64,000 nucleotides of DNA from a virus. The stretch is taken from positions 1 through 64,000 of IMG/VR virus record IMGVR_UViG_3300018080_000001; one strand, 5' to 3'. The notes beneath the pieces are model-generated. The model saw only the letters and a program-made list of their open reading frames with translations, had not been told where the DNA came from and ran no database searches. The translations under genes and the position numbers were made by a program. Numbering within the stretch: position 1 is the stretch's first letter; every line of letters begins with the position of its first letter. Below are positions 36,906 through 46,548 of this stretch, piece after piece.

Positions 36906-37553
36906 CTAACCCTTTCCTGAGAGTCTATCCATCAGCTCTCGTTCACTTTTTGGTTCGATGTTATATTTCTTAGCCTTAATTAAATCCAAATATTCTTTCA
37001 TATGAAAAGACCGTGAATTTAATCTATCTGCAAAAACCTGTACTAACTTAGAGTCTTCTTCCAATTTATTTTGTGTCCGCACTACGTATTCAAAATACCA
37101 AATTGGATCTAAAGAGATCCATAGCATCATATCTTTTTTAAATTGGTCTTTACTAACTTCTATATTCTTTCCTTTTTTATATGCTTCCCACGCTAAATCT
37201 ACATAACTAATTATTTTTTCTTTAGCATCTTCAGAATAAACTAACACCGTCATGTCGTTTATAGCATTTACAGTAGGGCTTTTTTCTCCCTGTGCTTTCA
37301 AAATTAATTTTGCGTAAATCCTATTATGCGCCCACCACTTTTTTACTATCTCAGCTTCAAAAGCTTCGGATTTCTTCTTCAACTTAATAGCGAGTGCTTC
37401 CCAATAAGCCTGATGTCCTGCATGGGTTTGTAAAAGTTCCTCTATCATAGTTTCATTAAAACTCAAATGTTTTAATACATCCGTTTCCTCTACAAACTCA
37501 TCCAACTTTATAGAAACATTATTCGGGGATACCGATATTCTAAAATCTGGCAT
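36906..37553 (-). CDS. Helical protein, possible UvsY-like recombination mediator
   Basis: Coiled-coil character and context upstream of SSB/recA. Confidence 0.4.
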   Translation of the reverse strand: MPDFRISVSPNNVSIKLDEFVEETDVLKHLSFNETMIEELLQTHAGHQAYWEALAIKLKKKSEAFEAEIVKKWWAHNRIYAKLILKAQGEKSPTVNAINDMTVLVYSEDAKEKIISYVDLAWEAYKKGKNIEVSKDQFKKDMMLWISLDPIWYFEYVVRTQNKLEEDSKLVQVFADRLNSRSFHMKEYLDLIKAKKYNIEPKSERELMDRLSGKG

Positions 37554-38056
37554 TAATCACTTGATTCATCTAGTATTTCTGAAGAAAAAGAACCACTTGC
37601 CCACCTAATACCATAAATAGAAAGAATTGGGGCAAAGTCTTTTATATTATGACGCTCGATTCCCTCCATATTCTGCTTTATATGCATTAATTCATGATGT
37701 ATAATACCCCGCTCTAACATTTTTATATCACCACCAGTTAATTGCAAATTATCTTCATGTATCGCAATTATATAAGATACATCTAAAAATTTAGTGTATT
37801 CAACATCCGTATCCGCTGGAATATAGTCTTTCAAATAATCAAATACAAAATGAGAAATAATAGTATAAGGGTCTTTTACATAATAGCACTTACCCAACCA
37901 ATCAGCTTTTCTTCCTCCTACGGTCCTTACGAATATAACGTGCCGCAGGTCTATGTGACCCAGGCTTTCCGTATATTCTGTCACCAACTCCGCTGCCACC
38001 TCTTTCAGACTTTCGTCTAGCTCCCAAACTGATCCGTTCTGTCCTGAAATTTCCAT
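37553..38056 (-). CDS. Putative phage metallopeptidase
   Basis: IHHELMHI (HExxH), LGKC, HNIKDF...YG. Confidence 0.75.
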   Translation of the reverse strand: MEISGQNGSVWELDESLKEVAAELVTEYTESLGHIDLRHVIFVRTVGGRKADWLGKCYYVKDPYTIISHFVFDYLKDYIPADTDVEYTKFLDVSYIIAIHEDNLQLTGGDIKMLERGIIHHELMHIKQNMEGIERHNIKDFAPILSIYGIRWASGSFSSEILDESSD

Positions 38057-38316
38057 CTACAACTCCAATAGTTTCTAAACCTTCTGGTTTTATTATCTTC
38101 TTTTTAGGTTTATATATAGATATCTCTTCTACCTTAATATGTTCTTCCCACCCAGGTTCATCCCAAAATGGGGTAAATATATTAATGGATAAAGCACTAC
38201 CCTTTTTGTAACCGCCGCACCAACCACAGTATAATTCATAGTAATGCTTATATTCATTTACCCAAATAATCTTTCTAGGTCGTAAATACTTACCGCAAAG
38301 ATCGCATTTAACCTTA

Positions 38317-39396
38317 CTATCCCATGGATTTAAACACATTTATGAAATAAACTTCCCACATAATCTTACTATTAGAAGATTCCCGCATCATGTGCTCTAT
38401 ATTCTCCCATTCATTTGAGAATAAAGATACATCCTCTAAGTTAGAAGTTAAATTACGTTTTAAGGAATCGTGACTTATTCCACTTTTATAATATATAGAC
38501 TTAGAATAAGCCCCACTTAAATAAACTGCAAAATCCCTTAATAAATTAGGAATACCTTCTAAAAATAAATATTGAAGATCTACCCCCTCCCTATACCAGC
38601 GTTCTACTTCCTCCAATGAAAACTTTAAATCTTTAGCACATAAAACGGCGGCTAAATCTTTATATCGGTCTACTGATATAATTCCTACAGATTCTTCTAA
38701 ATACGATATATCAAGGTCAGAATTATGTGAAGCAATAATCAACTGTTCTAAAATTTGATAGGTATCCCTTAGAGACCCATCACATCTCGCTGCCAAAGAA
38801 TCCACGAAGGGTGCAGTAAAGTCTTTCTCTTCCCCATCTAGTACACGACGCACACCAATACCTACGTCAACAGGAGAAAGAGCCCTGAGTGGCATAGAGA
38901 GACAGCGAGAACGTACAGTAGCTATAAGTTTATCAGGGTTTGTAGTTACTAGTAAAAATATAGTACTCCGATTAGGCTCTTCTAACGCCTTGAGCAAAGC
39001 ATTTTGCGCGGATTTAGAAAGCATATGACATTCATCCAATATCACCACATTATATTTATATATCGGAACTTGGTTTATAAGAGACTCAATTTTCCTTATA
39101 TCATCCACACTATTATTAGAAGCAGCATCGTATTCCATCACAGATTGATGTTTTTTACTAAAATTAACACACGAAGTACACCCGTTACAAATATCTCCTA
39201 ACTGCATAAAATTATCACAGTTCAGAGCTTTACCATATAATCGGGCTAGAGTGGTTTTTCCAACTCCGCGCATACCGGATAAAAGCATTGATTGAACTCT
39301 ACACATTAAAATAGAATTAATCATTATACGAACAGAAATATTCTGCCCGATAACTTCAGAAAATTTACTTGGGCGATATTTATTTGCGATAGACAC
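38317..39396 (-). CDS. dnaX: DNA polymerase III gamma/tau clamp-loader subunit
   Basis: KYRPSKFSEVIGQ, GMRGVGKTT, DAASNNSVD, LDECHML, NALLKALEEP, SRC. Confidence 0.95.
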   Translation of the reverse strand: MSIANKYRPSKFSEVIGQNISVRIMINSILMCRVQSMLLSGMRGVGKTTLARLYGKALNCDNFMQLGDICNGCTSCVNFSKKHQSVMEYDAASNNSVDDIRKIESLINQVPIYKYNVVILDECHMLSKSAQNALLKALEEPNRSTIFLLVTTNPDKLIATVRSRCLSMPLRALSPVDVGIGVRRVLDGEEKDFTAPFVDSLAARCDGSLRDTYQILEQLIIASHNSDLDISYLEESVGIISVDRYKDLAAVLCAKDLKFSLEEVERWYREGVDLQYLFLEGIPNLLRDFAVYLSGAYSKSIYYKSGISHDSLKRNLTSNLEDVSLFSNEWENIEHMMRESSNSKIMWEVYFINVFKSMG

Positions 39397-39689
39397 TAAA
39401 TTGCCGATATTTTTCTACAAAAAACTTCTTTCTCATCATTAAAATAATAAAAAATAAAGTCTTCAAATCTAAAATTGGAGTTAATAACCTTTATTTTTAT
39501 TTTTTTATCGCCAATTGTTAAAATTCCAATGTTTCCTTTTCGTACTTCTTCAATACTGGTTACTGGATCAATCTCAGGAATAGGAGTCTTTAACAAACTG
39601 GACAACATTTTAGCTTCTATATGTATAACCTCCAATTTATTATTATCTTTAATAATTTTTTTAAAAAAATCCATATCCAACTTTGACAT
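39396..39689 (-). CDS. Hypothetical protein
   Basis: 97-aa ORF, coupled. Confidence 0.5.
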   Translation of the reverse strand: MSKLDMDFFKKIIKDNNKLEVIHIEAKMLSSLLKTPIPEIDPVTSIEEVRKGNIGILTIGDKKIKIKVINSNFRFEDFIFYYFNDEKEVFCRKISAI

Positions 39690-39691
39690 TA

Positions 39692-39979
39692 CTACTTCTC
39701 CTTTTTACTTTCTTTTTGCAACTTCCTCATTCTATCCGCTAAAATTTTCCTTTGTTCCTCTGACGGACCACACTCGGACAACAACTGTTCACCCACCCGC
39801 TTAGGGTGATATTTTATCCATTCCAAATCAGGTTGGTTTTCCTCCAACCTAAAAGGCATCCATGTATAAAACGGACAACGACTATTTAAGCAATCCTGCC
39901 TTCCATCAAGATAATAACCCATGCACCTATGACAATGAGCTAAAATTGCATTTTTATAAGTAACTTTTAAATCTTTCAT
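39692..39979 (-). CDS. Cys-rich small phage protein
   Basis: AILAHCHRC...DCLNSRCPFY. Confidence 0.6.
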   Translation of the reverse strand: MKDLKVTYKNAILAHCHRCMGYYLDGRQDCLNSRCPFYTWMPFRLEENQPDLEWIKYHPKRVGEQLLSECGPSEEQRKILADRMRKLQKESKKEK

Positions 39980-39994
39980 AAATACAAATCTCCT

Positions 39995-40357
39995 TCAAAA
40001 AGGGATGTCATCTTTATTAGTAGAAACCCCAGGATCTTCACCACACACATTTTCCCAGTCCTTATCAGAAAACGGAAGAGTTTTCCTACAATTTGGAAAA
40101 TCAGTGCAACCCCAAAAAAGATTTCCATTTTCTCTATTAGACAACTTCCTCATGCTACTACCGCATTTAGGACATTTAGGTTCAGATCCATCTGATTTTC
40201 TAGTAATGAACTTAGACGGAGAATAAAAAACGATAACTTGTGCCGATCCTGCTACGCATTTATTAATATAAATATTACCCGCTATATTAAGCCAAGAATT
40301 AAGTTCCGCTTCTAATACTTCAGGTCTAAGAGATAGATTAAAAACTTTAGCTTTCAT
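39995..40357 (-). CDS. Topoisomerase-type C4 zinc-finger protein with SSB-like DDIPF tail
   Basis: CPKCGSSM...FWGCTDFPNCR; ends KDDIPF. Confidence 0.75.
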   Translation of the reverse strand: MKAKVFNLSLRPEVLEAELNSWLNIAGNIYINKCVAGSAQVIVFYSPSKFITRKSDGSEPKCPKCGSSMRKLSNRENGNLFWGCTDFPNCRKTLPFSDKDWENVCGEDPGVSTNKDDIPF

Positions 40358-40379
40358 ATCTTATCCTCCCAGCAACCTA

Positions 40380-41357
40380 TTATTTATAGTACTTCAAGTC
40401 TATACCCTCTAAATCCACACCATAGAATTCTTTAATAGCTGGTTTAATTCTTGTAATACGGGGTTTACCTTTTCCCGCTTTGTACCTTCTAGAATTCCAA
40501 CCCCAATTAGCATATGCCGTTTTATTTAACCGCCTCCAAACTATATCAAAAAAATCCCAAGGATCGGTAGAAATATTACAAATTCCATTATTAAAATCTT
40601 TGGCAGAAGCCACACCCTTTATCGTAGCTGTACGCCAAGATCCTAAAAATAATTTATAAGCTCCAGCAGGAGAATTCTGCCACAAATTAAAAAATATTCC
40701 GGGCACTGGAGTTTCCCATAAAATCTCTGGTAACAAATTATCTATGGTCTTCACTTTACCCAAAGGTTTTCTCTTATAACCTAGAGACCTTTTAAATTCA
40801 TGCTTCGCAAATTGTATTTGAGCCGCCGCTGCTTCCGGAGAATCCATATCAGCAAATAACTGAGCAAGTCTCATGGCAAACATTTTTTGATCTTTAAAAG
40901 TATTAAAAGATTTACCCAAACAAATATCGTTAATTCTTTTTTTATTTTTAGCAGGGTCCAAAACCGTTGCTCTAGACACATCCACAAACCTACCTGTTCT
41001 AATTTCAAACCCAAATTTTTTAAATAACTGAGTACCACCATTATAACAACAAAGATCATCAAACAGTGTACAAACAGAATCTTCCTTTTCACTTGTAAAA
41101 TCATAATGTGGAATTGATTTAAAAGACTCTAGCATTTTTTGAAGTCTACCGCTAGTAAATGTCCACTGAAGAAAACCCCACGTCACCCCAGTCCCATCAT
41201 ACATAACCACAGTATCATGATTACCTTCGCATCGTGCAACAACACCCATTACTTTAGTCCAAGGACCCCAAGGTTTAGGAGGGTCATATTTATGTTTACC
41301 TCTATATCTAGGACCTTGGTGCTTATCGTTATACTTTACCCATTTTATATTTCCCAT
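40380..41357 (-). CDS. Lysozyme-like peptidoglycan hydrolase (putative endolysin)
   Basis: CEG...YDGTGVTWGFLQWTFTSGRL muramidase-like motif. Confidence 0.6.
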   Translation of the reverse strand: MGNIKWVKYNDKHQGPRYRGKHKYDPPKPWGPWTKVMGVVARCEGNHDTVVMYDGTGVTWGFLQWTFTSGRLQKMLESFKSIPHYDFTSEKEDSVCTLFDDLCCYNGGTQLFKKFGFEIRTGRFVDVSRATVLDPAKNKKRINDICLGKSFNTFKDQKMFAMRLAQLFADMDSPEAAAAQIQFAKHEFKRSLGYKRKPLGKVKTIDNLLPEILWETPVPGIFFNLWQNSPAGAYKLFLGSWRTATIKGVASAKDFNNGICNISTDPWDFFDIVWRRLNKTAYANWGWNSRRYKAGKGKPRITRIKPAIKEFYGVDLEGIDLKYYK

Positions 41358-41395
41358 TTTAATTCTCCTTTTAATGAAATTACTTTCAAAAAATA

Positions 41396-43597
41396 TTAAT
41401 CTTCTTTTTCATGTTTATCTATCCAGCGCTGCACTATTTCAGTATCGACCACTAGAGGTACACTAAAATTCATAAATTGTTTCATATAGTCACTCATATA
41501 ATAATCCATTATGTTATTAGCTTGATCCACACAAGAATCTTGGGCCAAAACTGCAATCTCGTCATGAGTATTCATGAAAACTGCCGCATCCATTTGCTGT
41601 TTCCTAAATTCCCTACCTATATAATACATAGCAAGAGAAGTTGCATGCGCTCCAGTTCCTTGGACCGGAGCATTAACCGCTCGTCTTTTTGCGCTATTAA
41701 CGCGGCCACTAATATACTTCACGTATCCGTTTATTATACATGACCTCATGTGCACACAATCAGCGCATCTATACACATTTTTTTTACCAATTTTTCTTAC
41801 TCTTATTTTAAGATCCGCTTCATTAATATAATGGACATCTTCAAAATCTATATTCAAATCTTTTAAAATCGGCCCTTTTCTATAGCACTCAGGACGATCA
41901 AATTTTTTAGGCCAAAAAGTTCCTTCAGGTATCATTATCTGAGCATCAGGCAAGTGCCTCCGTCTTCCGAATAAATCGCAGACATATCCTTCCGCAATGA
42001 CAAATTGGTGCATATCCTCAATCCATTGCTTAAGCACAGGAGCCGCACCAAAATAATCTTCGTACACTAACTTTTCGGCTTCTTCCAAAGTTATTCCTAA
42101 AGATACCGAAAGAGCAAATGGAGATCTGCCGTATGCTATACCAAAATTAACGGCTTTTGCCTTACTACGAGATTCTTTAAAGTGTTTCTTAACATAACTT
42201 ACATCACAATCTGGATGCCAAATCCTTTGAGCCATTGCAGCATGCATATCATGGCCATTCAGGAAACCTTCGATCCATACAGGTTCTTGAGAAAAATGTG
42301 CAATAATTCGCAATTCAACTTGAGAAAAATCTTTAAATATAAACTTATATCCAGGAGGTGCCACATACATAGATTTAACAATATCACCACCATTTTCTGG
42401 TCTTGGCAACGTATTAAGCGTAGGATCACTCATACCTAATCGTGGTGTGACATTCATCATAAAATAAGTAGGGTGAACCCACCCTATTGTACCTTCATTA
42501 GTAACTTCTTTAATATTAATTAAAGAGGGTACAGCATAAGTACCTCTTATTTTATCAGCCCTTTTATATTTTGATAAAACAGATACTACGGGATGATCCA
42601 AATCTTTTAATGCGTCTGCATCCGTTATCCACCTACCGTGTTCATTACGCGTACCTTTTAATCCCATTTCCTCGAATAAAACTGCACCCAATTGCTTAGA
42701 AGATCCTACATCAAATACCTTATTACATAGCCTATGTACTTCTTTAGCCGACTCCTGCATTATTCTTTCTTGATCTTCTTTAACTTTTGTAGCAACATTT
42801 ATATCAACAGGAACTCCATGTAATTCCATCATAGTTAATTCATGCTGAATAGGCATCACTACATTAGAAAACATCCATGACATTTCTTCTTCTTCAAGCT
42901 TTTTCTCAAAAATATGTTTTAAAGCCAATGTGTAATCGGAATCACTACAACCATAGGGATACAGGGTATTCAAAGGAACTTTAGAATATCTCTTATATAC
43001 GGGATCATAAAAATTCAACTCTTCATCCATATCCTCTTTAAACTGTGAGGCAGACGTATCCAAATAAGCGTCAGACATTCCCAATTTAACTATATTACCG
43101 GTTGACTGAGAAAACTCAGATTTTAATTTATGTGAAGAAACTAAGTTTTCTTCATCTAACATAACATGTGCGAGCATAGTATCAAAAGTAAAATTTTTGA
43201 CCCTAATATCCTCCAATTCGCATAACTTTCTAACATCAAATTTTCCATTTTGAGCTATTTTGTCCGCAGGGGAAGATAGTATTTCGGATAACCTATTTAA
43301 TACAATATCATGCCGGGATAACCAAAAAGAAGAATCGTCTGCTTTACGTATAGGAAGATACGCCGCTGTACCCGGTTGCCAAATATCAAAGTGTTTGTGA
43401 TTCCAGGCAAAAGATATACCCGTTAATTTCTCTACAAAACCGTCTGGTATTTTCTTGCTCTTAGATGTTGGATGGTTAGTCTCTATATCAAACGCAAACT
43501 CACACGTATTCATAAGCTCGTTACAAAGCCACGATAACTTTTTAGGGTTATTTATTAAATAATATGTGGAGGGTATTTTCTTATCAGAAAAGAACAT
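41396..43597 (-). CDS. polA: Family A DNA polymerase with 3'-5' exonuclease domain
   Basis: FDIET (ExoI), QNGKFD, YGCSD; DFSQVELR, RSKAKAVNFGIAYG, THDEI. Confidence 0.96.
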   Translation of the reverse strand: MFFSDKKIPSTYYLINNPKKLSWLCNELMNTCEFAFDIETNHPTSKSKKIPDGFVEKLTGISFAWNHKHFDIWQPGTAAYLPIRKADDSSFWLSRHDIVLNRLSEILSSPADKIAQNGKFDVRKLCELEDIRVKNFTFDTMLAHVMLDEENLVSSHKLKSEFSQSTGNIVKLGMSDAYLDTSASQFKEDMDEELNFYDPVYKRYSKVPLNTLYPYGCSDSDYTLALKHIFEKKLEEEEMSWMFSNVVMPIQHELTMMELHGVPVDINVATKVKEDQERIMQESAKEVHRLCNKVFDVGSSKQLGAVLFEEMGLKGTRNEHGRWITDADALKDLDHPVVSVLSKYKRADKIRGTYAVPSLINIKEVTNEGTIGWVHPTYFMMNVTPRLGMSDPTLNTLPRPENGGDIVKSMYVAPPGYKFIFKDFSQVELRIIAHFSQEPVWIEGFLNGHDMHAAMAQRIWHPDCDVSYVKKHFKESRSKAKAVNFGIAYGRSPFALSVSLGITLEEAEKLVYEDYFGAAPVLKQWIEDMHQFVIAEGYVCDLFGRRRHLPDAQIMIPEGTFWPKKFDRPECYRKGPILKDLNIDFEDVHYINEADLKIRVRKIGKKNVYRCADCVHMRSCIINGYVKYISGRVNSAKRRAVNAPVQGTGAHATSLAMYYIGREFRKQQMDAAVFMNTHDEIAVLAQDSCVDQANNIMDYYMSDYMKQFMNFSVPLVVDTEIVQRWIDKHEKED

Positions 43598-43881
43598 TAT
43601 CCGGCATAATTACTTTCTTCCCTCTCCATTCTTCTATTATGTCGGATCTTATCCCCGATATAACCTTTAGCCATCAAAATTGCTCTCAAGGCATCATCCA
43701 TATCACGTTGCTGTAGCATAGGAGATCTTTTTACTTCCTCAGAATTCCAATCCCGAAATTCACGACAAAGCTTTATATCATAGTATATTCGTTCTCCCTG
43801 CATATCCTTTTCAAAAATTTCAACTACTACAGATCCCTCTTGAACTTCATGAATCTTCACCTTAGATCTCTCCTCTTGCAT
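43597..43881 (-). CDS. Small protein, possible PC4/whirly-like ssDNA-binding fold
   Basis: Beta-strands followed by a C-terminal helix. Confidence 0.4.
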   Translation of the reverse strand: MQEERSKVKIHEVQEGSVVVEIFEKDMQGERIYYDIKLCREFRDWNSEEVKRSPMLQQRDMDDALRAILMAKGYIGDKIRHNRRMEREESNYAG

Positions 43882-43924
43882 TTAAACACAGCTCCTTTCA
43901 ATTTTTTTAATAACACAGATTATA

Positions 43925-45457
43925 TTATTCTGCACTACTTTCAACAGAGGTATTATCCGCGCCAAAACTATTTTCTGCCAAGGATTCATCTGAGGACGTG
44001 CCGTCTCTTTCTTCTATAGGCTCTATAGTAACAGGTTCAGAAACAGTAGGTTCTGAAGTAACCTCAATCGATGGTTCTACGACACTCTTCTTTCTTCCGT
44101 GAGTTTCTTTCAACTTCAAGATATCATCTTCCCTGAGATATTTTTTACCATCTCTTTCAGTATTTTGAACATTGTTATTCTTAACATGAGCATACATATT
44201 ATAATAAGAACAACCGTAAAAACCAGCTGCTTCAGTTACTGTGTATAAACGCACACCATCTTCATCAAACAAAGGACCCTTTTCCTTCTTCTTCCTCTCT
44301 ACCTTTCTCTGACTGCCGGATATTTTCTTTTCTTTCCTAGCTAAGACTTCGTCACGATGTACATAGATTCTACTACCAACTTGAGTCTTCTTCAAGTTAC
44401 CTTTGTTTATATGTACGTGTATATTAGGAGCGGAACACCCATAAAGTTCCGCCGCCTCTTTAACTGTAATCAAGTCCTGATCAGCAAGAGGAATCTCTGT
44501 CATTAAACTAGACTTCTCCTCATTTAGATCCGCTTCTACAGGAGGAGCTACAGGAGGAGCTACAGGAGGAGCTACAGGAGGAGCTACAGGAGGAGCTACA
44601 GGAGGAGCTACAGGAGCTTCAGTACTACGAGGAGCATCTATAACAAGAGGCTTTGCAGGAGGAGGAGCAGCTGGTGTAGTAGCCGCTACAGTAGTCTCCA
44701 CATTTGAATCGTCAGATGACGATACAACAGGCTGAGAAACCTCTACCTCATTATTCTCTTGTTGAGAAACAGTACCATTTTCCACATTTTCATTAACATC
44801 TTTGTTAAGATCCTCAGTAGAAGATCCTCCCCCCGGGGGTTTTACTTCACACATTTTTCTTCCTTTCTTTAATTTCAAATCCAAAACATCGGATTTCTTT
44901 ACATACATTTTTCTATTTAGCTCCACTTTAGACAATTTGCCGTTAGTCACTTTAGAATGCATATTACAATATGAGCACTCATATAATCTCGCCGCCTCCG
45001 TAATAGAAATCAGCTCTTCTTCCTTTTCTTCATCAACAGCATATAAATTAGTTTCTTTATCAGATTTCTCAGATTTATTATCTTCTTCCACAACAGATCT
45101 GTTTATAAGCGTACCAACTTGTTGGATCAGACTTTTATATCCAATTTTTAAATTTTTATCCACAGCCGTGTTTAAATTTTCCCCGCCTATCCCCAAACGA
45201 TAGGCAAAAACAGCTAAACAAAACTTACTAACATGACACGTAACCTTACAAATATTCAAAGGACTATTATTACAATACCTACATTTAACACCCCCCGCGC
45301 TCAAAGCCAAAGGGTTGCATTGATGCTTATCCAAATTCGGGTGTGAAAAACACTCCCAGTACAAATACTTACTATTTAGATCCCAATTGTAATTGGCATT
45401 AATCTTCTCGTATATAGCTTTATCCAAACTAACTTTTGGTTTAATCTTATATAACAT
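43925..45457 (-). CDS. Multi-HTH (excisionase-like) DNA-binding protein
   Basis: Three units: ISITEAARLYECS, ITVKEAAELYGCS, YTVTEAAGFYGCS; PPVA-repeat linker. Confidence 0.8.
   Translation of the reverse strand: MLYKIKPKVSLDKAIYEKINANYNWDLNSKYLYWECFSHPNLDKHQCNPLALSAGGVKCRYCNNSPLNICKVTCHVSKFCLAVFAYRLGIGGENLNTAVDKNLKIGYKSLIQQVGTLINRSVVEEDNKSEKSDKETNLYAVDEEKEEELISITEAARLYECSYCNMHSKVTNGKLSKVELNRKMYVKKSDVLDLKLKKGRKMCEVKPPGGGSSTEDLNKDVNENVENGTVSQQENNEVEVSQPVVSSSDDSNVETTVAATTPAAPPPAKPLVIDAPRSTEAPVAPPVAPPVAPPVAPPVAPPVAPPVEADLNEEKSSLMTEIPLADQDLITVKEAAELYGCSAPNIHVHINKGNLKKTQVGSRIYVHRDEVLARKEKKISGSQRKVERKKKEKGPLFDEDGVRLYTVTEAAGFYGCSYYNMYAHVKNNNVQNTERDGKKYLREDDILKLKETHGRKKSVVEPSIEVTSEPTVSEPVTIEPIEERDGTSSDESLAENSFGADNTSVESSAE
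44535..44620. repeat. 12-bp tandem repeat (ctacaggaggag) encoding PPVA
   Basis: About six perfect units. Confidence 0.9.
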
Positions 45458-46548
45458 TAAACACTCACCTTTACTAAGAGCGAAACGTCATCCCGCTCTT
45501 GATTAGAAATTACCAAAGGCTTTTCGTCTAGATTATGTAATATAACTTCACCTTTATATGTTTTAATTATATTCAAACAATCTTTTTTATTTATGATTAT
45601 AGCTTCATTATCCACCACCCCTTTTTCTGTACACGATATTATTTCTCTCGCAAATCTACCATTCAAAGAACTTCCCTCTACAGACCATATAGGTATATCA
45701 TCACTAACTCCTACACATCTTAGATTTACGAACAAGCCGTCCTCACCCAGCACAGAAGACACAGTCTCTACTGCATTTAAAAGATCCTCGCAATTAAATT
45801 TATAATTATTATATATATCTGTATTAACTACAAATTCTTCATTCTTAAGTCCTAGTACAGATAAGTATTCTTCTGGATACGAATCATATATCAAGGATAA
45901 ACGTACTATAATATCGCCTTTCATATATAAATAAACACTATTAGAGTTAAAAGCTATTGTATTTATATTATTTTTCATCAGACTTAATAGACCAACTGTT
46001 TCTTTACCCAACGCAAAGCGGTACTTATAATCAGAATCGGATATAGATGTAAATATTTTAATTGAACTAGAATTTATCTTACAAACACGCAAAAATTCAT
46101 TATTGTCAATTAGCAATCCATCATATCCAGATTTAACAGATGTGAAATAATTACACTTACTTGACGAATCTACAATAAATTTTTTATCCGCAGTACTTAA
46201 AAACTTATCAGGTTCTACCCAAGAAAGAGGCTCATAATCACATATAGGTATTTCTATATTTATATTGTCCTTTTCCAAAAAAAGTTTATTCTCTGATACA
46301 TTAAAAATAACTTCATCATACAGTTTTTTAAAAGAAGTATAAAAAATATCAAAAGGAATTCCCAAATTAAATTCTTCATCGCATGCAACAGGATGGCTTA
46401 ATACACAAGTAACATAAGATGATTGCACATGTAAATAAAAAATCTTATCAGAAATATACATAAATATATTTCTAATATCCTTATCAGCCTTTTCCACACA
46501 TCTACAAAAATCTAAAATAGATTCTTGATCCATTAAAAAATTAATCAT
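45457..46548 (-). CDS. Divergent sliding clamp (DNA Pol III beta-like)
   Basis: 363 aa, beta-clamp-like length and alpha/beta pattern, KPLVIS near C-terminus; dnaX in the same module. Confidence 0.55.
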   Translation of the reverse strand: MINFLMDQESILDFCRCVEKADKDIRNIFMYISDKIFYLHVQSSYVTCVLSHPVACDEEFNLGIPFDIFYTSFKKLYDEVIFNVSENKLFLEKDNINIEIPICDYEPLSWVEPDKFLSTADKKFIVDSSSKCNYFTSVKSGYDGLLIDNNEFLRVCKINSSSIKIFTSISDSDYKYRFALGKETVGLLSLMKNNINTIAFNSNSVYLYMKGDIIVRLSLIYDSYPEEYLSVLGLKNEEFVVNTDIYNNYKFNCEDLLNAVETVSSVLGEDGLFVNLRCVGVSDDIPIWSVEGSSLNGRFAREIISCTEKGVVDNEAIIINKKDCLNIIKTYKGEVILHNLDEKPLVISNQERDDVSLLVKVSV

